Origin: Diadema antillarum
Taxonomy: Eukaryota
Length of the DNA stretch: 64,000 nt
Assembly (NCBI RefSeq): GCF_040938485.1
Contig: NW_027272270.1
Span: 124,001-188,000 of the forward strand
Reading direction: 5' to 3'
Shown: positions 25,750-38,500 of the stretch, piece after piece
Numbering within the stretch: position 1 is the first letter of the stretch
Layout: each line of letters begins with the position of its first letter
Notes under the pieces: generated by a model
The model's input: the letters and a program-made list of their open reading frames with translations, nothing else
What the model was told of the DNA's origin: nothing
Databases searched by the model: none
Program-made: the position numbers and the translations under genes

Positions 25750-25931
25750 CCGAAACCAGCGAGTATTTGGCTCGCCATAGAACCAGTAGCGTTCACAATG
25801 TGTGGAATGTGGGGCGGACGGTGTGATTGATTGTCATTGTCCGTTATCATTGTGAATAATGTGAATGTCATTGTGAATATCATTGTGAATGCTACTGGTT
25901 CTATGGCAATCCAAATTCTCGCTGGTTTCGG
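25750..25931. mobile_element. MITE with ~50-bp TIRs
   Basis: CCGAAACCAGCGAG…GCCATAGAACCAGTAGC…TTCACAATG and its reverse complement at the right end. Confidence 0.75.
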
Positions 25932-25964
25932 TATCTCTGAGAGTGCAAAATGATTACATTTGGT

Positions 25965-26147
25965 AAATTGCAAGGGTTGACAAAAATGGTCCTAAAATCA
26001 TAACACATTAACCAAAATTAAAGAACTTGGTGTCATTCTATTGGAAAAAGAATGACCTTTCCAACAGTATGCAAAATAATGACATATTTGCAACAATATT
26101 GCTGAAATTAAAGATCTTAGGTGTTCCGTTCTTTCTGGGCCACCCTG
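25965..26147. mobile_element. Tc1/mariner-like terminal fragment
   Basis: Ends in GGTGTTCCGTTCTTTCTGGGCCACCCTG|TA (reverse complement TA|CAGGGTGGCCCAG); the other end was not seen and the left boundary is approximate. Confidence 0.45.
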
Positions 26148-29100
26148 TATGATAGTGTTATGATCTATGTCTCAGCTATCGATTAAATGTCCAACGTTTT
26201 GGATAAGAGAACAAAACTACGCAAGCTCATAAATGGCAATATTAGCACTTCGACGTTTAAAGCCGTCATCATGAAGTGGGAGACGATACGACACAGAAAT
26301 ATTGAAGCACTCGTGTAAATAAAAAATGACAAAATGATAAACGAGGGCAACCATATACATCATCAATATCGTCACTTCTATAGAGTTAGCTAGTTATCAG
26401 GGCGAATATGAATTCGACCTAAGTATTTGAAATTCATTTGGTGCAATCAAGGTCAGAGTTATGTCGCAAAATTACTTTTCTTTCTTACAAATTTCCGGAA
26501 GGCCTAATCAGACAATACCTTATCTAGCGGTGACTCCTGTACTTTCCCGCTCCGAACGCTCATTAACGCGTGGCTGAATAGCGACACTTCTGTGGATAAA
26601 AATGTAATCCGCTGTCATATAGTGTTATGCTCTATGTCTCAGCTATCGATTAAAATAAATGTCCACCGTTTGGATAACAGAACAAAAACTCGAAGCTGCT
26701 CATAAAATGTCAATATTAGCACTTCGGCGTCTAAAGCTTCTCATTTCATCATGAAGTGGACACAGAAACAATAAAGCTCTCGTATATATAGGTATATTAT
26801 AAACTGACAAAATTATAAACGAGGTCAATCATAATATACATCATCAATATCGTCACTATAAAGAGTGTCATGATATATTTTCCTGCGTCATAAAGAGTTC
26901 CGTGTTAGACTTTTAGGTGCTCTGTTGCTGCTTTAAACTGCAATGCTGTTATTCCGGAACAGACTGTAATCAATAGATATCAGCATGTTTTACCATTAAA
27001 GCAGTGTTCGTAGCGTATCAATTATTCATGTTTCCAACACATGCACGATCCATCACAGGTGTGCGCCTGTATATTGTTATACAGCTGCATTTCATCATCT
27101 ATTTCCATTTTAAAAAGAATGTCACATTGAAAAAGAAAATTGAGTTAACGATAAATTATTCTTACATGACCACATGAGCATTCCTCATTTACCCGTTTTA
27201 ACGAAATGCGTCGTGCTAGCGTGTTGTCTGTATGGCTGCTATCAGTGTATGAACATGTATTAGTTAATGTCAAGTGTATCGAAAGTATTGATCGTAAATT
27301 GGTATGGTATGTGCAGTGCTTTAAAGTCACTTGCAGTAGTAATATTGACTGTCACACGTGTATCTAAACATCACTGTATAATCATGCAGTGATAGCAATG
27401 CCCCACCCAGATACATTAATGTCAATATTAAGGTCAGTGATATTTGATACATAAGTATCATTATCATTATGCATTCCTATATACGTCAATGCCGTGAATT
27501 TGTTTCATAAAATACAAGTTTTGCTTCTAAAGTAACCGTGTATATTCGCGTCAGAAACATGCTCATGTTCGATTATCTTTACACGTAGGCCTATACGTCC
27601 CATTGTAGTGTTTTTCCACATATCGTGATTGTTCCAGGCCGATTATTTACGCTCTTTGATGTCATACTCTACACTGAAAAATACACATTAAAAAATAATT
27701 TGATGTTCTGATACTGCATGGGGTCATTAAAAAAGTGTCAGAAAAATGTGTGAAAAAAATAGTGATGGGTATACAGGATGTATATAGAATATTAGGTGTG
27801 ATAACATAATACAGCCGTAGTGAATAGTTTTAATAGGTATGGTCTCCTGCTCTGTGATCGAGTTGTCACACCATAATAAATGTAAAATGTTAATCTATTA
27901 GTGTGTTCAAAGGCGATAGAAAGGAAATAGCTCAATATAGCAGAAAATAGGCCTAGCACCTTTCGCTTCGGTCCCTATATAGTTGTAATCTTGATCGTGT
28001 AAGAACATTGTGTCAAGAAGTTTATCAAATTTTAAACTAGTGTCGCGTTGTCTTTCCTTTAGATTTTAAAGGCACTGAATGGAAATTTTATTTATAGTTG
28101 ACGCATTAAGAGATTTAACAATGATGATGATGATAGTAATAATGATAATAAATAAAAGGAATGATGATGGTGATGATAATACCAATAATTTGATAGTGTT
28201 GTCATTATCAATACCATAGTGATGATAATAATAATGATAAGAAATAACAATGCGAAAATGTTACTAATCTCTTGTCATAGATAAACATTTCAGTCGTTCC
28301 TTGTATAGGGAATTTAAAGCAATGATTGAAATGTTTGTCTATTACAATATAGATTAGTAACATTTTCATATTATCATAAGCATTATCAATATTATTATCT
28401 TTATCAATGTTATCATGATATTGATAATAATGATAATAGCAATAACTATCAAATTATTGCTATTACTATCGTTATTATTCTATAGTGATCCCCAGAGTCA
28501 TAATTTTTTATCATCATTATCTTCATCATTGTGAAATCTCTTAATGCGTCAAAAATATCAGCCATGAAGCTTGGATAAAAGTCAACATAAAAGTCAACAA
28601 AAAACGCTCAATCCCTCACATGAAATCATCGTTGCATCGTTATAACCGAATGTGCCTATAGGGGGTTGACTGTTGGTAGTTCCTGATTATTGACAATATA
28701 GTCCAGTTTACTAAAATATTCAAATTTGTTTCGTCCGTCCTGACGCAGTTGCTCATATTATCCTGTACCTCAAAACACATTTTGATACTTGGAATTCAGT
28801 TTGCAAGCATTTTAGTTGTTGCTTAAAAGAAGAACCATTGTCTGAGAGACATGCATAATATCAAATATGTTAGTAAAGCGGTCGATTAACTGGATTTTGT
28901 GATGTTTTTATAAAAATAAAACATTGGGAGAGATATGAGCTCGAGTTGGACGTAAACAACCTCAATTCATCTTACTTACATTGTGTTTAATTTTTACTTA
29001 ACTCTTCCATAAGAACAGTGCGTTATGTCCGACTTTGAAGAAACAGGTACCACACTTCAAATTAATGAATTCTTGCGTCGAGTTGTTTTAACTGATTGAA

Positions 29101-30593
29101 AAATTGCCCTTCATCGACGTAAGTAAGCACCGATTATAGTGATGCAGTATAGAAGCCATCATGATATACAGGGTTCGAACATGAGTTTGATCTAGCCCAA
29201 GTATGTAGGCCTATCCAACTCAGGATCTAAACAGAGTATGTCTGCCCATGTTAAGTTTGTTTTTGTTTTTCCTTGCCATAGTTATACTGCTATAAAACAC
29301 CGACTATAATCGGTGATTATAATCGGTGAGGACAATATGGCAGTCAGTTGCAAGATATAACCACTATTCTTCATATCATTTTGATCTTTGTATTACAATT
29401 TATATTAACATGGAATCGAATTGCAACTTAGGTTGAGTTCACGCCGTTGAACCCTGGGCATAACGTTCAATACGTTTAATCGACGTATCGTATGCACTGG
29501 CTGATGCAACCCCCGCGGTGGAATGGAGCAATGCGTTTGAGTATAATAGACCTGCCTCGTACCTCCGCGAGCAGTCGAGGACATTGAAACAACGCCTTCA
29601 AGCAACGGGTGAAGATAAAATAGAACACCTCTACTTTGGAAGCTGTGTTGTATATCTGCAGAGCACGACTTGCTCCAACCAAGGAGGTACTAAACGCGCC
29701 TAGTATACTTCCTTTCTATAACCAGAGTGAGATGTTTTCTGTCTACACGGTGCGACCGGAATTAAACGTCACCCACGGAGAAAATTATCCTCATAATTTA
29801 TAGTGCCGTTAATCATCGGTTAAAATCTTCTTCTTTGTTTTTCATTCAAAAATTTTCAAGCCGCTATGAAATGATATTTTTAAATGTCGTATCCCATCCT
29901 TGGTGTATAGTTGAGTGAGTGAGACACTATATCACCTGACTGCTGTGACCAAATAATACCCGTCCTGGTTTTTAACACCGCTTGTTCGTACAAAGTTCAC
30001 TCATGATAAATCTTTATCAGAGTCGAATTGTCAATTTCAGACAAGTCAAGGGAAGTGATATTACATGTACGGCCTATCGTTGCAGGGTTTGGACTGAAAA
30101 TAAAAGCTCGACACCGATAAACCTGCAAAACAGCATTACTTGCGCCAACTGCATGTGGGCGTGCGTTGTCCCTGTTGGAGACTGGTCATAATGGAGCTGC
30201 ACTTGTAGCTCTATGATCTCAGTTCAAGTGTTCCGATATCACATCCCCGTTCCCCTTTGAACTGCAGTTCCATGCAGCTTATTCGCAGTATTGTCTGGAT
30301 TTTTTTTCTTCGCTGCCTCTTTCCTCTCTCTTCTCCTCCCCATCACTGCCGCTGTTCTAGATATATCTCTGAGTGAGAGATTGAGTCTCGCTTTTTCGCT
30401 TTTCGTCTTCACGATCTCTCTTGTAACCGATGGCCACTTTAAACTCCAAAGTCTGCTAAAACCGTTATTGTAAAAGTGACTGGATGGAATACAGCCCTCT
30501 GGCTGATGCCACGTTTTCCCAACGTTGACACATTACCAGGTACATCGTCAAGACGTGTATTTCGCAAGGATTCAGTCTGTGAGGGAAAACATC

Positions 30594-32497
30594 ATGTCGT
30601 TCAAGCCCAAGAGTAAGAGAGTGTGTGTAGACGACTTTGAACGAGATGCCAAGGAGTTCATTGAACCGATGATGTACCGGTTCTACCAAGGAGGTTCGGA
30701 TGAAGAGATCACCCTGCGCGACAGTCGTCAAGCTTTCAAACGGTAAGTCCACCATACATTTTCATTCTTGAAAATGATTATCAAAGTAAGTTTAAAGGCT
30801 TGAAATGTTGATGTTCTCTAATTAAGGCTCCAGAGTGTCTGTTATGAAGAGTAGGGGCGCCAAAGCGCTTTGAATGAGTAAAGAGCGGCATTAATCGATA
30901 TTTGATGGCAACCGTGAAGTGGAACGGATTGATAAGCAATGTCGTCTGTTGTAGATGTTCAACAAGCTTTCGATCCATAGAGTACCGAGTGTTTTCTGCT
31001 GATGAAGGAACTTCATAGGCTTTGCAGAATGTTGAAGATCGAGAGAGAAGAGGGCATATGATAGATTCCATGGGACCTGGCGTGACTATATACGACACTT
31101 CAGTGTTATTATAACAAGGAGTTACCACAGCGAGCGTGCTGTCTTGTATTATAGTTACTCGTTAGCTGTACTTTGATAGTAACCTTCAATGGTCTCACCA
31201 ACGAGCTTAATTGGTCTCACTGAAGGTTTGTGTGTTTGCAATGCGACTGCGCTGCCAGCATAAACACTTTTTTTTTTTAAATGTTAGCATGTATTTTGTG
31301 CTCAAACACAAAACTGCTTTGCTTGGATCGTGAGGATGTTGATACCGTACCGCTATCTCAAGGCGGATGTCAGAGTTCCTCTGTGATGGGTTAGCTAATT
31401 TGTCCCCTTGGAAAGGGACCGCCTCTCTATTCAAACAAAATGGAGCTATCGCTGCCATAGTGCTTTGGGAAAAAAAAAGTCTCTAATAAAAGCTATTCTG
31501 ATTTTTTTTTTAAAGACTCTATGATAGTTTCCTACAATAGTAAAAGTTAAATACCATGATGACGAGATGGCCACTGTCAAGAAATTGCCGCTAGTGAGAC
31601 TTCGTGAGAATCAAATTTTTCTTTGTGACTGAACAAGAATTGTTCCAAGTGATTTCCAATATTTTGGTATAGTGTAGGCCCTATGAAAGTAAACTGTTCA
31701 AAGTTTAATCAAATGACCAAGAATATAGCTTCCAGACATTTTGTCGCTGTTCCGACAAAAAGATACTTCATGAAGGATCGAGTCACGCTTTTGTAAACAT
31801 TTTACTTAAAACTTTGGGACTCTGCGTGTGGTGCTTTCTTTTGTTCAAGTATTTGACGCTTCGCCTTATTCTTATGATTTATTCATAATTACCGAGTAGA
31901 TATCACTCTTAATCGTCATTATGAACATGTAACAACTTCTATAGAGACATATATAAAAAAAGAAGATATTGGTTCCCAGCACATAGCCCTTGTACCTTCA
32001 GCAGAATAAGGGTGTTGCATTTTTTTTCATCGTTTTTTAGAGGCGACAAGGAATATGGAAAGAGAAACGCCTGCTCAGCGATGCATCGGTGTTTTATGAC
32101 AGATGTTACATTCAATATATCAATGTTACACCCACCTGTCACATTCTTCTTCACGGTATCAATAATAGAAGTCAAATTGCTTCTTTTCTTGCTCTAAAAC
32201 CCCGCCATGTTTAACTGCTGACGAATGCACAGGTCTACCCATTTCTTCACATGTTGTTGCTCGCATTCATTTTGCAAATCGATTTCACACTTCAGATATC
32301 GCTTCCGACCTATGATTCTTCGCGACGTCTCGAACAGAGATATTTCGACCACGATACTGGGTCACCGAATCGCCTTTCCTTGTTGCATCTCGCCCTCGGC
32401 TTTCCACAAGGGTGCGCATCCTGATGGGGAGTTGGCCACTGCGAAGGGTAAGAATAATAAAATGATATATGAAATATAAGATATTATATATACACTG

Positions 32498-32560
<63 letters not shown>

Positions 32561-35500
32561 ACATGTATACATGTATATACAGTGCGTATCAAAAAAAAAG
32601 TAATCCAACTTTGGAGGGCTACTATTTCATAATTATCAGCTATTGCTGAGAGCACACTGTTTGTTGTGAGGAAAGGGGAACTCTTCCTCTTTTTATTGAT
32701 ACCTATTTATGTTGATAAATGTCATGCATGACTGAGCACATGAACTTTAAAGACAACAATGACAAATTGCACTTTTTTCAAGTTTGCGTGTTAATGTGAA
32801 GGAACAATGCATGTCTCACTGCATGGATGAGATCTGTCAATGAAAGTGGCCAAAGAGGCCAGCCTGTACGAATGCAGATTTGTGTTTAGGGTTTGTGTTT
32901 AGGGGTTTTTTCCTAACCTTTTATGGTTCATAACCTTTAAGATGGTCACCTGTTGGATAACTAAAGTCACTCCCACAGAGGTCAACCCACACAATCCATT
33001 TTCTATGTTCATATTCAACACATAGCTCGCAGCGACAAACCATATGTCTTAAATGTGAAGAGAGAAAAATGGATGATGGTTTAGCCTTTATGGGAAGGAC
33101 CAAGTTTACAACAACGTGGCCATGTTGAAGGCTATGAACTATAAATAGTTAGATGAAACCCCGAATCTGCAGTCATGCAGGCTGGCCTGATGACCACCTC
33201 CATTGACAGATCTCAGCCATGCAGTGAGATATGCATTGTTCCTTCACAGTAACATGCAAACTTGGAAAACGTGCAATTTGTCATTGTTGTCTTTAAAGTT
33301 CGTGTGCTCAGTCATGCATGACATTTGTCAACGTAAATAGGTATCAATGGAAAGAGGAAGAGTTCCCCTTTCCTCTCAAGCAACATTGCACTCTCCATAA
33401 CTGATGATTATAAGATAGTAGCCCTTCAAAGTTGGATTACCTTTTTTTTATACGCACTGTATATTAGACATCATCGACGGTGGTCTACGAGAAATAGAGG
33501 CAGGCAGAGGAGTGAACGTTGGACCGTGTCTCACTGATAATAAGACATATCTGTGTACCCTGTCTATAGGAATATTCATTCATATGTGCGATTCCACGTC
33601 AAGCTGGTTCTGACTTTGATGAAAAAGGGTAAAATTAGAGTCGTCAAAATTAGTGGCAAGTTTGCAATAAGAAAAAAGATTGATCACCTTTGGGTTTTTA
33701 TTTTGTTTTGTTTTTGTTTTTGTTTTTTTTTTGTGAATCCAGGGCAGATTTGTATAAGTGAAGGCATATGGCTTTCCTCATTTCCTCCGGTACTGAGCAG
33801 GCCTATACATAACATTTCTCAACTGTCAACCAGTGCGAACTAAACTAAACTAAGATAGTCAAAATTGGGCTTCTACAACGAGCCACTGTTGACTGTCAAC
33901 GAATCCGTTTTTCTGTTAAACTACCCCCGACACTCATCACAGTTTGACCCCCCCCCAAAAAAAAAAAAAAAAAAAAATTATAATAATGATAATAAAAATA
34001 AATGAATAAACAAAGAAAAGAAAATAAATATGTATATATATGAATAAAAGGGAAAAAATATGGCTACAAACGGCAGCTTTTGGACTGTAAAATGTCAAAA
34101 TTTTCAAGCTCGCTCGCTTCGCTCGCTCGCATCCAGCAGTTGAGCCCGGTGCGCCTCCCCCTTAATTTCTAAAGCGAAAAACATAGCTACGACGGCAGTT
34201 GTTGGACTCTAGAATGTCAAAATTTTCAAGCTCGCTCGCTTCGCTCGCTCGCATTGAATCGTTATGCCATTCTCCTAATGTTGCTGACAGTAGTTGCCAG
34301 TAGTTGCGCCCGATGCCCCCACCCCTTAATTTCCAAAGCGAAAGATAAATATAGCTACAAACGGGAGTTTTGGGACTGTGAAATGTCAAAATTTTCAAGC
34401 TCGCTCGCTTCGCTCGCTCGCATTGAATCGTTATGCCACTCTCCTAATGTTGCTGCCAGTATTTGCCAGCAGTTGCGTCCAATGCCCCCCTTAATTTCCA
34501 AAGCGAAAGATATAGCTACAAACGGGAGTTTTTGGACTCTAAAATGTCAAAATTCTCAAGCTCGCTCGCTTTGCTCGCTCGCATTGAATCGTTATGCCAT
34601 TCTCCTAATGTTGCTGCCAGTAATTGCCAGCAGTTGCGTCCGATGCCCCCCCTTAATTTCCAAAGCGAAAGATATAGCTACAAACGGGAGTTTTTGGACT
34701 CTAAAATGTCAAAATTCTCAAGCTCGCTCGCTTTGCTCGCTCGCATTGAATCGTCATGCCATTCTCCCAATGTTGCTGCCGATAATTGCCAGCAGTTGCG
34801 CCCGATGCGCCCCCATTTATTTCAAAGCGAAATATGTAGCTACAATTAAAACTCCAGTTTTGGAACTGTAGAATATCAAAATTTTCAAGCTCGCTCGCTT
34901 CGCTCGCTCGCATTCTATTGTTATGCCATTCACCTTATGTTGCTGACACCCCGGAACCATGACCTAATCTAACACTGTTTAATAAACACATGGTATTTCT
35001 TTTGCTTGACCAAAGCGGCTGCATCCCGGAACGTAGGGATGTCACTGAGCTGTGGATCCAATGTCCTGATTGAAGATATCGCCAAGGCTGCCCCCAGCGG
35101 ACTGAAAATGATGCAGATGTACATCTACAAAAACAGAAAAATTTCAGAGTTATTCGTAAGACGAGCGGAGAAAGCCGGCTTTAATGGTATAGTACCAATA
35201 TTACGTACGAAACGCTGTTTATACTGGGATTGCTGGTGTACTTTTGATGGCTCATCCTACAGAAATATACGTGACAAATCAATCAAATCAATCAAATCAA
35301 TCAAATAATCAGCTGATGTAGATAAATGTGCTCCTTTAAGTTGGGTGTACTGAATTTTACCACGGGAGCTTGGCGCATGTGTCTGTTAATTTGGATTTAC
35401 CGTTATGTGAGTATAGTCGGCTATTTTATTTCTTTTTTTTTGTATCGCTATCTTTGAATTTAACCAAGTACGAAAAGTCCCTAATTTACCCTTTTTTGTA

Positions 35501-38500
35501 TGTATTCTATCCGCTACAACTACTTACGTCACTCTGATGCACAATATGAGAAGAGGAATAGCTTGCTTTCATTACAATATTCGCGAAGTGGTGAACAGAT
35601 TGTATGTTACCGTGTTCTGAATGGAATTTCTTCTTCGGTCAAGTATCAGGCGTTTCAGTACTATCTTGATTTCTTTTTGCATGAATACCTGTTTTAGCCA
35701 TGTTAGTGACTGTGGACTTCGCTGTATACGGAAAGAGAAGGGGAGAACGGGATGACAACTTTTACCAGACGACCAGAGAGAATCCAGCTTACGCACGTCT
35801 TGAGTAAGGATTGTATAATATCAATTCATATTTTACAGAAGTGTGACGTAGACGCTATGATGTTGTTGGAAATGTCCTCGATTGTTTGTTTTTGTCAGTC
35901 ATCTCTCCACATAGCGAATTCTCCATTAGTGAGTAAAATGTAGTTTAGATGCACTTCAAATATTTGGGATAATGCAGTCAAACTGACTTTTTACATTCTC
36001 CCCATACGAGGGATTATTCTAGTAATTGATTTTTTTTTGTTCACTCATCTTGTGGTCTAAGATCCCTGCCATAAAACGGATGACTCTTAGGCACGTAATG
36101 CCATTACTAACCAGCTACGAGGAATGTCAAACAAAGACAAGAAGAACGAAAAAGAAACAAAATAGATCAAAGATCTGTGAAAAAAAAAAGATCACTATAG
36201 ATCACTACCAATAACAAACAAAACCACCATTGAATACACCTCTCATTTATTCTATACAGGGAAAAAAGTCACCTTTGCATAGACAGCGAATGCTGTGAAA
36301 GTATCCAAGTTTGGTATTGTTTGGCCGTTGATTTTTCCATATTATATAGGTCCACATAAGCTGCCCTACCGGAGGAGATTAAAAAAAATGCGACTTTTCA
36401 ATCAAATGACAATAAAGCTGATCTTTTTTTTCCCTGAAAAAGATTAAAAAGTACAATTTCGGTTCAGACCGACATTTTCTACTTGTACGTGTCAACGCTA
36501 AACCATTTCTCTTTTTAATCCTTCATTGATTGAAGCCAATATTGCTGATAGTGTAATTTTCTTCGTAGATGCGTGAACATGAACATGATGGGGGAAGAAG
36601 CGCGGAGAGAAAAAGCTGCTGGAGACACGCTGCTTTGGGTCTACAACGACCAAGCCGACTGCTCCGCGACCTGGGAGGACATCAAGTGGGTCAAACGCAT
36701 CTCAACCATACCAGTGGTAGCCAAGGGTGTTCTCACAGGTAATAAAGACTACGGAATCTGTCAAACTTTCAACTAAGCAAAAGATTCCGCTGCAACAACC
36801 CCTCTGAATCTGCTGAAAAACATATACTCCTTTATTACTCCATTAATAATTATTTATTTCATGTCAAACGCATAAAGAATAAATGGTTATTGCTGTGCAC
36901 TTTATAAATATTACCTCCGCCATTAGGTGAAACCTACTGCCGGCGGAGGTTACGTTCTCGGTTCTGTATGTTTGTTTGTCCGTTTGTCCGTCTGTCTGTC
37001 TGTGCAGGTTGTGTCCGTGTACAAGATAATTCGAGAACGGATGAACAAATTTCCACCAAATTTGCAGGGTGCGTTCATAATATGAAGTAAACAGATATGA
37101 TTAAATTTGGGGGTCATGAGGTCAAAGATCAAAGGTCATAGGGATCATAAAGTCCATGACATGAGCATAATCTTCTAATAACTCACGAACAGATGATCGG
37201 AATTTCACTAAACCTGCAGGGTGTGTATATGATGAAATGAGAAAGAAATGATATAATTTGGGGTCGAAAAGTCAAAGGTCATAGAGTAATAAAGGACATA
37301 TAAGCTTAATTTCCCAATAACTCAAGAACGGATGACCAGATTTTCACCAAACTTGCAGTGTATATTCATAATGGTATAGTAAGAGAGAAACTATGAATTT
37401 TGGATGATGACGTCAAAAGTCAGAGGTCAAAGGCTCATAAATGTCCAAAATAATATATTATCTATATACTTGTATTGTTTCTACTGTAAAATCGTTTCAA
37501 TCATCTTTTCCGCAATAGGCGAGATGGCACGCGAGGCTGCGGCGGCTGGGGTAGACGGGATCTTGGTCTCGGCTCACGGCGGCAGACAGCTAGACTCAGC
37601 CACAGCCCCAGTTAGTTATCAAATCCAACTTAACTTTTAAACTCAACTTCTCAGAAATTACACATCTTTTCGGTTGATTCTTCTTTTCTCTCGAGTAGGC
37701 CTATGCAAGACAATATGGAATGCCTATTTGTAGTATATAAAAATGAGGATGTGGATGTTTTATTGATGCTGTAATTCAGCTTATGGATCGTTTGGTTGCA
37801 GGCATTCGGTGGGAAGGCATTGGACATTTCACAACTTGTTAAGAGCTGTTCTTATAAATCATACTTGCTCTTAATCACGAGTATCTCTAATTATACTCCT
37901 CATAACTGTTTTCGTTTTTATCGTTACACAGTAGTCGTGTAGGTTCCAATATCCAGCCATATTCTCAGATAGAAATCAAACAAGCTATGATGATTATGAT
38001 TATCAGTAAGAAGAAAATGACAATGAGTGCTTCTTATTATTATCCTTATCCTTATCATATTTCATTATGATATGTATCATTATCAATAATGGAGGTCGTT
38101 TGACAGAAGCTGACTCTGTTTTATCGTCTTTTTATACTAGCTTGATGCTCTCCCGGAAGTGGTGGAAGCTGTACGTGGTACCAACGTAGAAGTGTACGTT
38201 GATGGAGGCGTGCGTACTGGAGCGGACATCCTCAAGGCACTCGCCCTGGGAGCCCGGGCCGCCTTCATCGGCAGACCGGCGATATGGGGCCTTGGATGTG
38301 GGGTATGCCTTTTTCACTTGCCTACAGGGTGTAGAGCAGGCTCTTTATTTTTATTTAGTTTTTGTTGTTCAGATTTTACTCTCCGAGAACCTGGTAGTGA
38401 ATTACATGTATGTTCTGTACTGTATATGCACTGTCGCTCCTATAAACCACAGATGATACGTTGATGTGAATAATCTACATGCATTCCCTGGCCAATCATC

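Larger units (their letters stand above)
23760..28343 (+). repeat. Old, decayed local duplications (A 23760-25040; partial B 26165-26500; C 26630-28343)
   Basis: Colinear blocks such as CTCAGCTAT…GGATAAGAGAACAAAA, ATTCCGGAACAGACTGTAATCAATA, GAAAGTATTGATCGTAAATTGGT and ATGATTGAAATGTTTGTCTA, separated by many indels. Confidence 0.85.

Noticed and set aside
29298-29327. CACCGACTATAATCGGTG/ATTATAATCGGTG palindromic duplication
   Set aside because: Too short; typical slippage product with no context.
30230-30470. Purine-rich, stop-free minus-strand frame upstream of HAO-A
   Set aside because: Low-complexity K/R/E bias arising from a CT-rich promoter-proximal tract; no homology recognised.
34254-34871. 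205-aa and 128-aa Cys-containing ORFs (also 61781-62503)
   Set aside because: Read-through of the 165-bp satellite units.
35187-35308. Continuation of the HAO-A exon 3 ORF ([11 protein letters not shown]…SIKSIK)
   Set aside because: Intronic; the true continuation MLVTVD… is at 35698 and paralogue B has the same donor position.
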